A stretch of DNA of 63,365 nucleotides, filler included, from Lentisphaeria bacterium (GTDB lineage Bacteria; Verrucomicrobiota; Lentisphaeria; JABSQK01; JAWLHB01): NCBI GenBank assembly GCA_041690595.1. It is 3 parts of 3 records of this genome, joined end to end, with 100 filler letters (N's around TTAATTAATTAA, not from the genome) between each part and the next. Parts side by side here need not be neighbours in the genome. Positions count along the whole stretch, not along the records: positions 24,304 to 47,346 come from JAWLHB010000070.1; 2 more parts are not named here. One strand, written 5' to 3'. The notes under the pieces were generated by a model, which saw only the letters and a program-made list of their open reading frames with translations, was not told the origin of the DNA and did not search any database. Below are positions 28,489-39,720 of this stretch, in pieces. Position numbers and translations under genes: made by a program. The first letter of the stretch is position 1. Every line of letters begins with the position of its first letter.

Positions 28489-29607
28489 CTATTGCTTCCG
28501 AAGATCGACTTCCCACAGGTAGCCGGCCCGGTCGGCGGTATCAGTTTCGCCGATGAATACCGACTCACGGGAAGCAAAACAGATATCGTGCCCAATGAAG
28601 AGAGCCTCTCCGCTCGCGGTGGCAATGTGCCCATACACCTCAAAGGCGCCGCTTTCCCGGTCGCAGGCAAAGAGATGGCAGCGGCCGCGGAACCCGGCGA
28701 CACCCCACAGGCGCCCGTCCGGCCCCAACTCCAGAGCGGCAATACGGGTTTCTCCCGGCACCGGTCTGCCCATGGACTCAGCCTTGCCGGTCCTGGGATC
28801 CAGACGGTCGAGAGCGCCGTTCGCTTCACCGATGTAGAGGTAGCCGTCGCCGCCGTTGACCATCGAATCGATCGGGCCGGCCCCCGGATACATGAGGCTG
28901 CACGACTCCTTCGTATGCGGGAGGCACTCGCGATGCCAGGTGATGGTGTCCGCGTCTGGATCATAGTGAAAGAGGTGGTGGTGCCGGTTGTTCCAGGTCG
29001 CCCAATAGCCGCCATCATCCGCGAGAGCAATGATGTGCGGAATACTGCCCAGATAGGCCTTCCGGCGCACCTGCCGCGTCGTCAGGTCGAAGACAAACCA
29101 GTCGAAGATGGGATAGGTGTGCCCATAAAGGAGCTGGCGTTGCGGGTCCAGCGTGATCGTCTGGATGTAGTCATGCGGAACCGGAATGCCGATGACCTCG
29201 TACGTTCCTGTGGCCGGATCCAGCGCAAAGATCTTGCCGCCGGGCGCCTCCTCCCGTTGATCCTCCTGGTGCAGGCATGCCGTCGCGCCCAGGACTCGGC
29301 CATCCTGCCACGGCACGAGCGAACGGTGGATCTTGATCTCGAAAGGCTCGCCGATCCGCTCATAGTGAAGCGAGTGGAACGTGCTGTCGCTTGGGTCGAA
29401 CTCGTACATCAGGTCGCCGTCGAACGCCGTGAGCCCGCACAGCACACGGCCGCGCTCAGGCAGATAGATCAATGAAGTGAAGGAGATCAGGTTGCGCTTC
29501 CAGTCCGGATTCGCCGTAAACTCACGATGACTCAAGGTGGCAAGCGGTACCGGTACCGGGGTGCTCAGGTCGCGGAGGATGTGGGGGATGACACGCACGG
29601 GATTCAA
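28489..29607 (-). CDS. Beta-propeller-like hypothetical protein
   Basis: Repeated (Y/F)DP..G blades (YEFDPS, FALDPATG, FHYDPDA, RLDPRTG). Confidence 0.75.
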   Translation of the reverse strand: MNPVRVIPHILRDLSTPVPVPLATLSHREFTANPDWKRNLISFTSLIYLPERGRVLCGLTAFDGDLMYEFDPSDSTFHSLHYERIGEPFEIKIHRSLVPWQDGRVLGATACLHQEDQREEAPGGKIFALDPATGTYEVIGIPVPHDYIQTITLDPQRQLLYGHTYPIFDWFVFDLTTRQVRRKAYLGSIPHIIALADDGGYWATWNNRHHHLFHYDPDADTITWHRECLPHTKESCSLMYPGAGPIDSMVNGGDGYLYIGEANGALDRLDPRTGKAESMGRPVPGETRIAALELGPDGRLWGVAGFRGRCHLFACDRESGAFEVYGHIATASGEALFIGHDICFASRESVFIGETDTADRAGYLWEVDLRKQ

Positions 29608-29710
29608 CTCCAGTCGAGAGGTGCAGATCTAAAACGCTACACCAACCATACATCAATCCATGAGATTTGCGATATCATTAAAAAATTTTCGAAGATAGCG
29701 CAACTTCACA

Positions 29711-29739
29711 TTGACGACACTTCCAAAGCCGGTTAGACT
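29711..29739 (+). promoter_or_regulatory. Sigma70-type promoter, probably leaderless
   Basis: TTGACG-17 bp-TAGACT; ATG at 29747 with no SD. Confidence 0.6.
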
Positions 29740-29746
29740 ATCCTCC

Positions 29747-30796
29747 ATGAAAACAGACCTCACAGAACGCCCCGCCGGCCTGCGCGAGATCGCGTCGGTG
29801 GCGGAGGTTTCGGTAAGCACTGTCTCGCGCGTGCTCAACGGTCGCGACGCCGGGATCAGCGATACGACGGTACGCCGGGTCCTCTCCGCCTTCTCCACCA
29901 TGAAGGCAAACGGGATGCGGTTGAAACCGACCCTGCGCCGAAAGCGCGGCGGCAAGACCCTCGCCTTGCTCATCAGCAACACCTATTTCGCGCCGGCCAC
30001 GCAGGTCACCATGGCGGTGCTTCAAGCGGCGATGAGCCGCGCTACCCAGGCCGGCTTCGAGATCGTCAGCCACGGCTTCAGCAGCGATGGCGACTCCAGC
30101 CTGGAAGCCTATATGGATACCCACGTCAATCTGGGCGGCATCATCCTGCACCGCCTGGCGGATGCCGATGTGGAGCCGGCATGTGAGGCCGCGGCCAGCC
30201 GTGGAATTCCATGTGTGCTTCTGGATCGCACCACCTCTTCGCGCCGCGTCCATACCTGTTGCATGGATCACGAAGCTTCCGGCCGCCTGGCCGCCGAGTA
30301 CCTCCTCGACCTCGGGCACCAGAAGATTGGCGTCGTCTTCGGCCCGCTCCACTACCAGTCGTCACGGGAGCGCCTCACCGCGATCCGCGCAGCCTGCGAG
30401 GAACGCGGCTGCCCTCAGCCGGAGTCGCATTGGCTGACGGGCGTGCGTGAAGACCAGGAACTGAACCCGATCCTGGACCATACGAAACGTTACGGACTGA
30501 GCGCGCTGATCACCGCCAACGACCGCCTGGCCGCTCGCCTCGTCGCCGCGGCCTCTCAGCGCGGCATCCGCGTACCCGAACAGTTATCTGTTCTTGCTTT
30601 CGACGATACCGAGATCGCCGAATGTGCCAATCCACCGCTCACCACGGTACGCGTGCAGTGGCAGGCCATGGGGAGCGCCGCAGCCGAAATCCTCCTCCGG
30701 CAGGCCGAGGATCCTCAACTGGGCGGCATGCAGATGCAATGGCAGCCCACCCTCATAGAGCGCCGTTCCTGTGCACCTCCAGAGGTCTCCTCATGA
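29747..30796 (+). CDS. LacI-family transcriptional regulator
   Basis: LREIASVAEVSVSTVSRVLN HTH; VPEQLSVLAFDD and PPLTTV. Confidence 0.95.
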   Translation: MKTDLTERPAGLREIASVAEVSVSTVSRVLNGRDAGISDTTVRRVLSAFSTMKANGMRLKPTLRRKRGGKTLALLISNTYFAPATQVTMAVLQAAMSRATQAGFEIVSHGFSSDGDSSLEAYMDTHVNLGGIILHRLADADVEPACEAAASRGIPCVLLDRTTSSRRVHTCCMDHEASGRLAAEYLLDLGHQKIGVVFGPLHYQSSRERLTAIRAACEERGCPQPESHWLTGVREDQELNPILDHTKRYGLSALITANDRLAARLVAAASQRGIRVPEQLSVLAFDDTEIAECANPPLTTVRVQWQAMGSAAAEILLRQAEDPQLGGMQMQWQPTLIERRSCAPPEVSS

Positions 30797-32697
30797 TTGC
30801 CCCTTCCCTGGCGACTCCGCCAATCATGCTCATGGGATTCCACTACACCCCGCAGTTCTCCCGTCGCAACCGCACGGTGGTGATGGGTCTCGTGGATCAA
30901 TCCACCCCCGCCTGGGAACGCTGGTATCGCCAGATGCACCAGCCGGAAGCGATCGAGGCGATGGCCGAAGCAGGCTATTCCCTGATCGAGATCCATTTCA
31001 TGTATGGCTTCGGTCCCGCCCATGAAGCCGCGGACATCGCCCTGACAACAGCCTTCACCGAGCGTGCGCATGCCGCGGGTATGCGCGTCATCGGCTACTT
31101 CCAGTTCTTCTCCGTCCAGCAGGAGACCTTCTTTCTCGAACATCCCTGGGCGCGGGAATGCCTGCAGCGCGGCGCCGACGGCACCCCGCACACCTACCGC
31201 TACGACCGACCCGCCCTCTGCTTCTCCCACCCGCGGGTCCGCCGCTACTATCTGGATGGCATCGAACTGGGACTCCGCCAGTGCAATCTCGATGGCATTC
31301 GCCTGGACAACGACTACTACCGCGGCTGCTACTGCGACACCTGTCAGACCGCATTCAGCCACTGGCTGGCAAGCACCTTCGACCCCGAGCGGGCACGGCG
31401 CGTATTCGGCTTCGAATCCACCGCCGGCATGCAACTGGTGCCTGCCGAGAGAGTCGGAGATCCCCTCTGGCTGGCCACCATCCTCTTCCGCCAGCAACAG
31501 CGCCAGGAGATGATGCGCGAGCTGCACGACCACGTCGTCCGCCTCAAGCCGGATGCCATCCTGGGCGGCAATCCCGTCCTGAGCCGACGCCCCAACGACG
31601 CCGGTCGCATCCACGTCTACCCGCCGGACCTTGGCGAAACCCATCACCTCGTCTGTGCCGAAAACGACCTCTTCCCAGGCGTGGATGACGATGCCCTCCG
31701 CTGTCAGGTGATAGCCTGCAAGCATGCTCAGGCCAACCACTTCCGGATCTTTGCCTCCCATCACCTGCACACCTCCGACGACAAGCTGCGGTGGCCCGCG
31801 ACGAGCACCGAATGCGCCCTCTCGCTCTGCGAAGGACTGGCCTTTGGCGGACATGCCGCCTGCACCACCTGGGGATTGCGCATGGATGGCGAGGATGAGC
31901 ACGGCGCGCTCTACCAGCGGCCGGAGTTCATGGCAGCACTGCAACCGGTTCAAGCCTTCGTGAAGGCGCATGGCGACCTCTATCGCGATGCCCGCTGCGA
32001 CGCGCCCATAGGCGTCTATATCAACCGCGAAAGCCTCAGCGGCGATCCGCCGCGCGCCGCCTTCGCCCTCTATGGCCTGGTCGAGACACTCCTCACGCAC
32101 CACCTCCCCTTCCGCTTCATCGATCGCGACGATCAGCCCCTCGATGGATTGCGGATGCTGATCGTACCCGACATGCGCTTCGTCAGCGATCCCCAGGTCG
32201 AACGCCTTCTCCACTTCGCCGCCAGCCACCCACTCCTGCTGCTGGGCGATGCCTGCCGCGCGGATGAATGGATGCTGGCCCGGGAAGCTGCCGCATGGCG
32301 CGACTTGCTGCATGCCGACGGCGTGCACCATCTGCCCCTGAGCCCTCCCCAATGGGGCGAGAGGATCCGTCACCTGCCACGACTTCCCGAAGCCGATGCA
32401 ATCGCCGAAATCGTCACCCGCTCCTGCCCCCCGCCAGACACGATCGAGGCGTCAAAGTGGATCGCCCTCGAAAGCACCATCCTTCCTGATCGGCGACGCT
32501 GCCTCCACCTGCTCAACTACGATCGCACCCCGGCCACCGTCAGGATCGCAGCCCCTGGCGGCAACCTGGAAGTGCTGGCCCCGAACGGCCTCGGCCCCAC
32601 CCGCGTGGAGCACACGGGTGGAGTCTCCATCCTGCACAACCTGCGTACCTATGCCATCGTCATCACCACGCCAGGGAACCTTCATGTCGAAAGCTGA
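30793..32697 (+). CDS. Putative glycoside hydrolase-like protein (TIM barrel plus GH42-like trimerisation domain)
   Basis: LDGIRLDN, CYCDTCQTAFSHWL and LRMLIVPD motifs; ATGA overlap with the LacI gene. Confidence 0.6.
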   Translation: MIAPSLATPPIMLMGFHYTPQFSRRNRTVVMGLVDQSTPAWERWYRQMHQPEAIEAMAEAGYSLIEIHFMYGFGPAHEAADIALTTAFTERAHAAGMRVIGYFQFFSVQQETFFLEHPWARECLQRGADGTPHTYRYDRPALCFSHPRVRRYYLDGIELGLRQCNLDGIRLDNDYYRGCYCDTCQTAFSHWLASTFDPERARRVFGFESTAGMQLVPAERVGDPLWLATILFRQQQRQEMMRELHDHVVRLKPDAILGGNPVLSRRPNDAGRIHVYPPDLGETHHLVCAENDLFPGVDDDALRCQVIACKHAQANHFRIFASHHLHTSDDKLRWPATSTECALSLCEGLAFGGHAACTTWGLRMDGEDEHGALYQRPEFMAALQPVQAFVKAHGDLYRDARCDAPIGVYINRESLSGDPPRAAFALYGLVETLLTHHLPFRFIDRDDQPLDGLRMLIVPDMRFVSDPQVERLLHFAASHPLLLLGDACRADEWMLAREAAAWRDLLHADGVHHLPLSPPQWGERIRHLPRLPEADAIAEIVTRSCPPPDTIEASKWIALESTILPDRRRCLHLLNYDRTPATVRIAAPGGNLEVLAPNGLGPTRVEHTGGVSILHNLRTYAIVITTPGNLHVES

Positions 32698-33808
32698 ACA
32701 CCCCGTCAAGGCCGGCTTCATCGGCGCCGGCAACTTCATCAGCGCCCACCACCTGCCAAATGCGGCCGCAAGCCCCCTGTGGACGGTCGATGCCATCTGC
32801 GATATCGATCCGGATACCCTTCAGCGCGCGGTGGAGGCCCATCAGCCACGACTTCAGACAAACGATTACCGCGAGCTGCTCGCCGATCCGGAACTCGAGG
32901 TCGTCTTCATCGGCACTCGCCACGACCTCCACGAGCCGCTGATCCGCGCCGCGGCCGAGGCCGGCAAGGACATCTTCGTCGAAAAGCCGATGAGCAAGAC
33001 ATGGGAGGAAACGCGGGCCATCCTAGACACGCTCAAAGGCAGCGCCTCCCGCTTGATGGTCGGCTACAATCGGCGCTTCTCCCCGATCATGACACACGCC
33101 AAGTCCTGCTTTCAGTCCAGGCACAAGGGCAAGCCGGCCACCTGGATCTATCGGGCCGTCGACAATGCCCGCCTCTGGCCCGCCTGGCCGATGGATCCGA
33201 AAATCGGCGGTGGCAAGGTCATGAGCGAAGGCTGCCACTTCTACGATCTCGCCTGCTGGTTTCTCGAAGAGGAGCCCGTCTGGGTGCAGTGCGCCGGAGA
33301 GCGGGGCGATGACAACGTCATCCAGATCGCCTTCGCCAACGGCTCCCTCGCCACCATCATCTCCGGCGGACGCGGCGATGCCGTCTATCCTAAGGAGCGC
33401 CTCGAACTCTTCTGCGACAGCACCACCATGGTCATGGACATGTTCCTGGAACTCCACCTCAGCGGCTACGGCGACCTGCGCGACTGCCGCTACCCGCTCG
33501 CCCGCGACCCCTATCCCGATCTGCCCGGCCCGGACACCATCGCCGGCTTCCGCCTGCGCACCGCCCGCTGGCAGGAGGAAGGCATCACCGAAGACGATCG
33601 ACGCCGCAAGACCTATGGCGGCTATCCCACTGTCGACAAGGGCCATCGCCAGGAGTTGGACGCCTATGCAGCGGCCATCCGCGCCGGCGAAAGCTCTCCG
33701 TGTGGCGTCGTCGATGGCGCCCGTGCCACCGCCATTGCCCTGCGCGCCATCGAATCCATGGCCGACGGAAATCGCCCCCAACCCCTTTCACCTGCCGACT
33801 ATACTTGA
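32684..33808 (+). CDS. Gfo/Idh/MocA-family oxidoreductase
   Basis: GFIGAGNF, IFVEKPM and VGYNRRF. Confidence 0.93.
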   Translation: MSKAEHPVKAGFIGAGNFISAHHLPNAAASPLWTVDAICDIDPDTLQRAVEAHQPRLQTNDYRELLADPELEVVFIGTRHDLHEPLIRAAAEAGKDIFVEKPMSKTWEETRAILDTLKGSASRLMVGYNRRFSPIMTHAKSCFQSRHKGKPATWIYRAVDNARLWPAWPMDPKIGGGKVMSEGCHFYDLACWFLEEEPVWVQCAGERGDDNVIQIAFANGSLATIISGGRGDAVYPKERLELFCDSTTMVMDMFLELHLSGYGDLRDCRYPLARDPYPDLPGPDTIAGFRLRTARWQEEGITEDDRRRKTYGGYPTVDKGHRQELDAYAAAIRAGESSPCGVVDGARATAIALRAIESMADGNRPQPLSPADYT

Positions 33809-33826
33809 ACGACAAAGGAGGCCTCC

Positions 33827-34459
33827 ATGCATTCCAGAACTGATCATCGTCACCCGTTCACCCTCATCGAGCTACTCGTCGTCGTGGCCATAATCGCGAT
33901 CCTCGCTTCGATGCTTCTCCCCGCACTCGCTCGTGCCCGCGGGGCAGCCAAGGGAAGCGCCTGCCTCAACAAGCTCAAACAGGTCGGACTCATGAATGCC
34001 ATGTATCAGGACGAATTCGACGATTTCATCCCCGAAGGGCTGACACCCGATGGCAAGTACTGGTTCGATCTCCTTGGCTCTTACAACGAATCCTTCAAGA
34101 CCGTTGACGGCCGTAATGGCGTCTTCAGTTGCCCCGAGGTCAAGTTCTGGTGGCACAACGTCGCCTCCACCGGACGCAACGGCAACTACGCCCAGAACGA
34201 CAACTTCATCAACCCAGTGAAGGCAAACGTCATCACCAACCCCACCGATTGCCTGGTCAACATGGACTCGTATTTGCGTACAGCCGACGGGCGTGCCTGG
34301 ATCTACTTCACCGCCGCCCGATTCAAGAACAACAGCTTCGACGGTCAGGCGTACTGGTGGCACAACGTGCGGGCCAACCTGCTCTTTGTCGCCGGCAACG
34401 CGTCGAGCGTCACGATGCAAGAAGGATTCAGCAAATGGAGCGCCTGGCAGGTAAAATGA
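33827..34459 (+). CDS. Prepilin-type N-terminal domain protein (DUF1559-like)
   Basis: [52 protein letters not shown]; strong AAGGAGG RBS. Confidence 0.92.
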   Translation: MHSRTDHRHPFTLIELLVVVAIIAILASMLLPALARARGAAKGSACLNKLKQVGLMNAMYQDEFDDFIPEGLTPDGKYWFDLLGSYNESFKTVDGRNGVFSCPEVKFWWHNVASTGRNGNYAQNDNFINPVKANVITNPTDCLVNMDSYLRTADGRAWIYFTAARFKNNSFDGQAYWWHNVRANLLFVAGNASSVTMQEGFSKWSAWQVK

Positions 34460-37400
34460 TCACACGCATACACATCATCACCATCTCCCTGTGCTGTATC
34501 ATCGGCGCAACCCTTACCGTACTGGCCGAACCCCTGATCCTTGCGGACATGGAAGGCCCAACTGAGTACAAGCTCTTTGGCTCCGGCCAGAAACCGACCG
34601 CTCAACTGACCCGCGCGACCGCCAGCTCCGGACAACGCAGCCTCCGCGTGGAGTATACCGGTGGCGCCGATGACACCGCCTCCATCGTCTTCCCCCTTTC
34701 ACAATCCGTCGAAGGGCTGGATACCCTCGTCTTCGACATCTTCTGCGAAGCCGACAACGGCGCCACCCTCGTCGTCACCGTACACCAGAAAGTGCCCGAT
34801 CCCTCCAATCAGGCCGCCTACTACAAGACCCGCTTCCTCCTCGGCAGCTTCGTAGATGATTGGACGACCCTGCGCCTGCCCGCCAGGAGTGCCATGCGCT
34901 TTGTCGAGAAGGGCGGCTTCGTTCCCGACTGGAGCCTGGTCGACACCATCTCCTTCACCCTCTCCGGCGGCATGCACGGCAAAGCCGCCTTCTACCTCGA
35001 CACTATCGCCGCGGATGCCAGCGGCATGGATGCCTCCCCCAACCTCATCTACAACAGCAGCTTCGAACGCGCCACCACCGGCGATGTCCCCGATGGATGG
35101 CGCCGCGACTTCAATCAGCCCCCCTTCGGTCCGGACAGCTGGGGCCTCGTCACCGACAATCCCCACGACGGCAACTACGCTCTCCGCATCGGCGTGCCCG
35201 GCAAGTATGCCGTCGCCTGGGGCCAGTTCAGCCAAGTGATCGGCGGCATGGACTATGTCTGCTCAGCCTGGCTGCGCGGCGCCGAAGGCACCAAGGCACA
35301 ACTCTATGCCGCCGGCATCGGCCAGAAAGAGGTGGAGGTCACCCCAGAGTGGCAGCGATACCTGCTCACCGGCACTGCCCGCGACGACCGCACCCAGATG
35401 CGCGTGCAGCTCATCTCCGGTGGCCCCCTCTTCATCGACGCGGCACAGCTCGAGCCCGGCACCGAAGCAACCCCCTATCACCCCAATCCCGTCGATGCTC
35501 CCGTCGCCACCGACGAGCCGCCGGCCGAAGCCCCCGTCCAATGGCAGCTCTCCCGCCAGGCAACCATGACCAGACTCACCTCCATCCCCGTCATGGACGG
35601 CAAGCTCGATGATTCCTGCTGGCAGGCAACCACGCCCTTGAGCGACTTCCGCAAGCTCGAAACCGATGAGCCCGCCGACCAGCGCACCGACATCCGCCTC
35701 GGCTTCACCGACTCCGCCATCTACATCGGCATCGAAGCCTTCGATGACGATATGGCCGCGGTTGCCGCCCACCTCGCCGACCACCCCCGTGGCCCATGGG
35801 GCACCGATCTCATTGAACTCTTCCTCGACATGGGCCGCACCGGCACCAGCTATCACCAGCTTGTCGCCAACACTCGCGGCGACCTCTACAGCGCCTGGTA
35901 CAGCCAGCCCAAACGCCGCGGCGAACGCAGTTGCCACTGGCAGTCCGTCGGCGCCCTCGGCGACCAGAGCTGGACCCTCGAGATCATGATCCCCCTGGCA
36001 GGTCTGGCCGTACCCGACGAACAGCCCCCCGCGGAGCTGGGACTCAACGTCTGCCGTACCAATCCCCGGCTCGACACTCATGGCTCCTGGGTCTTCATGG
36101 GCGGCAACTTCCATCGCCCCGAGCGTTTCGGGCGTGTCGACGGCTTCAAGGCCGACTGGCGCAACTACCAGTGGTCCGTCAGCGGCCTTTCCATGAATGG
36201 CACCACCGCCCGCTGCCTGCTCCGCAACGATACCGGCGCCGACCAGGAACTCAACCTCCACTTTCTCGCGGAAGCTCCCGGCCACCGCTTCACCTCCACC
36301 CCCGTGCCCGTAAGCGTCCCCGCCGGCCAATCGCTGCCTGTCCACCAGCAGCTGCCGATCGCCAGAGACGGCTCCTATCAGCTCACCCTGATCGGGGTCG
36401 ACCAGAACGATACCCTCCTGATCTCCAGTCAGCCGTCCACCGTCTCGGTCGGTGGCGCCAGCCTCTTCCGCCTGCTCGGCACCCGGTACGACCTCTACAC
36501 CACTGAACCGGCCGCCGACGTCCGCGTCGACCTCTCCGCAACGGCCGATCAGCTCCAGGCAGCAAAACTCGCCTGGGAGCTGCTGCTAGGGGACCAGGCT
36601 CTGGCGAATGGCTCACTGCCGGCCGTCAATGGCTGCAATACATGGGCTCTTCCCCTGGCTGACGTTCCCGATGGCGCCTTGCGCCTCCGGGTTGAACTTG
36701 TGATCGATGGCAAGTCCACCTCGGCCGGCGAGAGTCGCTTCCGCAAGGCTCCCGCCCATGACGCCATCGTTCGAGTCGATCGCTGGCAGGGCCTGCTTCA
36801 GGTCGATGGCGAAACCTTCTTCCCCTACGGCTTCTTCGACGAAACCGTCTCGCGGAACGATCTGACCAGATGGCCGGCGGTTCTGGCGGACATGGCCGCG
36901 ATCGGATGCAACACCGCTCTGGTCTATGCCGGCAACAACCCAGCCGTGCATCAGCGCCTCGAAGCCTTCCTCGACGAAGCCCAGAAGCACAATGTCAAGC
37001 TCTGGGTTCACCTCTCCGGATTCTTCTCCTGGTGGATCCCTCGCTACAACAGGCAGCAACAGCGCTATCAGGACGAAGACGCAGCCAAGGCCGCTCTGGC
37101 ACAGGTCGTTTCCACCCTCCGCGACCATCCCGCCCTCCTCGGCTGGTGTACCCTCGACGAACCCGGCAACCACCCCACCCTCTTTACCAGCGAACGCGCC
37201 CACGACTACTATGAGCAGGTCAAGAGCCTCGATCCCTACCACCCCGTCATCTTCAGCCACCTCAACCAGCTTGGCGATTATGATACCTATGGCACGGCCA
37301 CCGACATGGCCCTCATCCCCTTCCTCGCCCGCGGCGGCCGCTACGATCAGCTCTTCAACGAGTTCAGCACGGCCGGACTGCCCGTGATCACCAACACCCC

Positions 37401-37863
37401 CTGCTACGGCGCGGCGGGCAGTCGCGATCGCGAACCCACGACCGGCGAACAGCGCTCCGCCATCTACAAGTCGCTCATCCTCGGCTCCAGCGGCCTCCTT
37501 ACCTACCTCTATCGTCCCGCCAGCGAGAACCTCTGGCAGGAGTTCGCCCAGCTTGGCCGTGAAGCACACCTGCTCGCCCCTATCCTCCACACCCCGAATC
37601 TGAACACCAGCCTCGATGCCCTCCCCGCCGGCAATGACCTGCTCGCCACCCTCTCCACCGACGGCACCCAGCTCTACCTCGTCGCCGTCAACGTCTCGCC
37701 CCGCCCCATGCAGGCCGTCTTCACCCTCCTCGATCACCAGGTCACCGCCATCGAAGGACTCTTCGCCCCCACTCCCCAGGCAACGCTGGAGGGCAATCAG
37801 ATCCGCGTGAGCATGGAAGGACAGGGTACCCTCGCACTCCGCCTCACCCCCGCCGCCCAATGA
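34456..37863 (+). CDS. Large secreted multidomain carbohydrate-binding/hydrolase protein
   Basis: Signal peptide; [12 protein letters not shown]-like domain; [23 protein letters not shown]9/DOMON-like domain; C-terminal [13 protein letters not shown] clan-A-like barrel. Confidence 0.8.
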   Translation: MITRIHIITISLCCIIGATLTVLAEPLILADMEGPTEYKLFGSGQKPTAQLTRATASSGQRSLRVEYTGGADDTASIVFPLSQSVEGLDTLVFDIFCEADNGATLVVTVHQKVPDPSNQAAYYKTRFLLGSFVDDWTTLRLPARSAMRFVEKGGFVPDWSLVDTISFTLSGGMHGKAAFYLDTIAADASGMDASPNLIYNSSFERATTGDVPDGWRRDFNQPPFGPDSWGLVTDNPHDGNYALRIGVPGKYAVAWGQFSQVIGGMDYVCSAWLRGAEGTKAQLYAAGIGQKEVEVTPEWQRYLLTGTARDDRTQMRVQLISGGPLFIDAAQLEPGTEATPYHPNPVDAPVATDEPPAEAPVQWQLSRQATMTRLTSIPVMDGKLDDSCWQATTPLSDFRKLETDEPADQRTDIRLGFTDSAIYIGIEAFDDDMAAVAAHLADHPRGPWGTDLIELFLDMGRTGTSYHQLVANTRGDLYSAWYSQPKRRGERSCHWQSVGALGDQSWTLEIMIPLAGLAVPDEQPPAELGLNVCRTNPRLDTHGSWVFMGGNFHRPERFGRVDGFKADWRNYQWSVSGLSMNGTTARCLLRNDTGADQELNLHFLAEAPGHRFTSTPVPVSVPAGQSLPVHQQLPIARDGSYQLTLIGVDQNDTLLISSQPSTVSVGGASLFRLLGTRYDLYTTEPAADVRVDLSATADQLQAAKLAWELLLGDQALANGSLPAVNGCNTWALPLADVPDGALRLRVELVIDGKSTSAGESRFRKAPAHDAIVRVDRWQGLLQVDGETFFPYGFFDETVSRNDLTRWPAVLADMAAIGCNTALVYAGNNPAVHQRLEAFLDEAQKHNVKLWVHLSGFFSWWIPRYNRQQQRYQDEDAAKAALAQVVSTLRDHPALLGWCTLDEPGNHPTLFTSERAHDYYEQVKSLDPYHPVIFSHLNQLGDYDTYGTATDMALIPFLARGGRYDQLFNEFSTAGLPVITNTPCYGAAGSRDREPTTGEQRSAIYKSLILGSSGLLTYLYRPASENLWQEFAQLGREAHLLAPILHTPNLNTSLDALPAGNDLLATLSTDGTQLYLVAVNVSPRPMQAVFTLLDHQVTAIEGLFAPTPQATLEGNQIRVSMEGQGTLALRLTPAAQ

Positions 37864-38498
37864 TCCCGGCTCTCCTCCCCCTCGCCTCACCGGAAGGCGC
37901 GGAACTGCTCGCTACCTGTGGCCGATCCCAACTGAAGGCACTCAACCTCCTGGCGCATGGCGAACCGCAATGCCATCTGCATGCCTGTGGTGTCGCCAGT
38001 GCCGTGACCGTCCTCAATGCCGCCCCCATCGAGCGCCCGTTCTCCTCCCGCCATTCGCCATGCCGCTACTTCACGCAGACCGACTTCTTCAGCGATGCCG
38101 TCGCCGCCATCAAACCCGCTGATGGCGTCAAGCGCAACGGCATGACGCTTGAAGAGCTTGGACGAATGCTCACCGCTCACGGCCTCCGGGTCGAGCGACT
38201 GCACGCGGAGGACGACGCTCGCCGGGAGATGCTCACGGCTGCTGGGGCACACCTTGAAGCGAACGGCCGCTTCGTCATCGCCAACTTCCTCGGCGCGGAT
38301 CTTTACGGCGACGATGGCTACGGCCACTTCTCTCCAATCGGCGCCTGGCATGCCGGTGCCGATCGCTGGTTGATCCTCGATGTGGCCCGCTACTGCCACA
38401 ACCCCGTGTGGGTGACCGGAGATGCCCTCTGGCACGCCATGGCCACCACCGATTCCATGGCGGGCCGGCGTCGCGGTTTGCTCCTGCTCTCTGCCTGA
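37860..38498 (+). CDS. Phytochelatin synthase family protein
   Basis: QCHLHACGVAS (Cys), GHFSPIG (His) and ILDVARY (Asp) triad; G(M)TLEEL; RRGLLLL end. Confidence 0.9.
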   Translation: MIPALLPLASPEGAELLATCGRSQLKALNLLAHGEPQCHLHACGVASAVTVLNAAPIERPFSSRHSPCRYFTQTDFFSDAVAAIKPADGVKRNGMTLEELGRMLTAHGLRVERLHAEDDARREMLTAAGAHLEANGRFVIANFLGADLYGDDGYGHFSPIGAWHAGADRWLILDVARYCHNPVWVTGDALWHAMATTDSMAGRRRGLLLLSA

Positions 38499-38499
38499 A

Positions 38500-39720
38500 T
38501 CAGCCGTCCGTCAGCGACTCGCGAAGCAGGCACTGCAGGCTCTCCAGCTCTTCAACAGCCCCGGCGTCATCCTCGAAGCGCCCTTCGTACATCAGCCGCA
38601 GCCCCGTCTGAATGACCCAGCGATGGGCATCGCAGCGGAAGAGGTTAAAGAGAAGGGTGGCCGTTTCGTACGCTCGTTCGCCTCCCGCCGCCACCCCGGC
38701 CGCTATCTCCGGCAGCTCGTCGCGCCAGTAACGCATCAGTGGCCGTGCTTCCTGTTCCCAGAGGCGCCGATGCCGTGCCGGGTCACGCAGAATGACCTCA
38801 CACCGCTCCCGATACTCCGAAAATGCCCTTCGCCCCTGACTCGAAAGCGGCGCCAGCGTCAGATCCGGCCGTTGCCGGAAAGGCTCCAGCGTCAGCGACG
38901 CCCCGCCATCGCCAAGCACAAGTCGCGCTGCCAATCCCAGGTACCAGCACGGTTTCACTTCCTGATGAGCCGCGCTCCACGGCTGCCCGAAGAGGGCATT
39001 CCCCAGGCAAAAGGCAATCGGCACCCCATGGTGCATCTCCATCGTCTGCGGAATATGAGCATGATGGCCGATCACCGCATCCGCCCCGGCGTCCGCCAGG
39101 CGGCGACAATGCTGCACCGTCAACGGTGACGGAATCGGCTGGTATTCGTTCCCCAGATGCACGATCGCCACCACATACTCCGCCTCCTGCCGGGCCCTTC
39201 GTATGCACGCTTCCGGCCAGCCGGGATCCAGCCGCGCCGTCCCGGGCCCGTCATCCTGTGCCTGCGCATACTCCCCTTCCGCGAAGTTCAGCACGGCCAC
39301 ACGCGCTCCCCGCAACTCCACCACAGCCGGTGCCGACGCCTCCGCATGCGTCAAGTCGGCGCCGCAATGCACGATTCCCTGCGCGTCGAGCACCCCAAGC
39401 GTCTCCCGCAGCCCCTCCACCCCGAAGTCCAGGATATGGTTGTTGGCCATCGTCAACAAGCCAAATCCCGCCTCCCGAAGCAGCGGCGCCAGTCCCGGAT
39501 CCGCCCGGAAGTTCTTTCCCACCTTCGGGATCGGGTCGCCCCCCTTGCACAAGGGCACCTCCAGGTTGCCGATGATCAGATCGGCATCCCGCAGCAGCGG
39601 CATCAGCGCCCCCAGGTAGCGGTCGCTTTCTCCATTCAACAGCGCTTTTTCGACCGCTCCGATCGGGCAGATGTCACCGACGATGGAGAGGGTCACGGCA
39701 GGGCGGGCAGTCATCGGCAT
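38500..39720 (-). CDS. CapA (PGA_cap)-family metallophosphoesterase
   Basis: VGDI, GNLE, MANNHILDFG, HLGNE, IGHHAH and LGN motifs. Confidence 0.92.
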   Translation of the reverse strand: MPMTARPAVTLSIVGDICPIGAVEKALLNGESDRYLGALMPLLRDADLIIGNLEVPLCKGGDPIPKVGKNFRADPGLAPLLREAGFGLLTMANNHILDFGVEGLRETLGVLDAQGIVHCGADLTHAEASAPAVVELRGARVAVLNFAEGEYAQAQDDGPGTARLDPGWPEACIRRARQEAEYVVAIVHLGNEYQPIPSPLTVQHCRRLADAGADAVIGHHAHIPQTMEMHHGVPIAFCLGNALFGQPWSAAHQEVKPCWYLGLAARLVLGDGGASLTLEPFRQRPDLTLAPLSSQGRRAFSEYRERCEVILRDPARHRRLWEQEARPLMRYWRDELPEIAAGVAAGGERAYETATLLFNLFRCDAHRWVIQTGLRLMYEGRFEDDAGAVEELESLQCLLRESLTDG

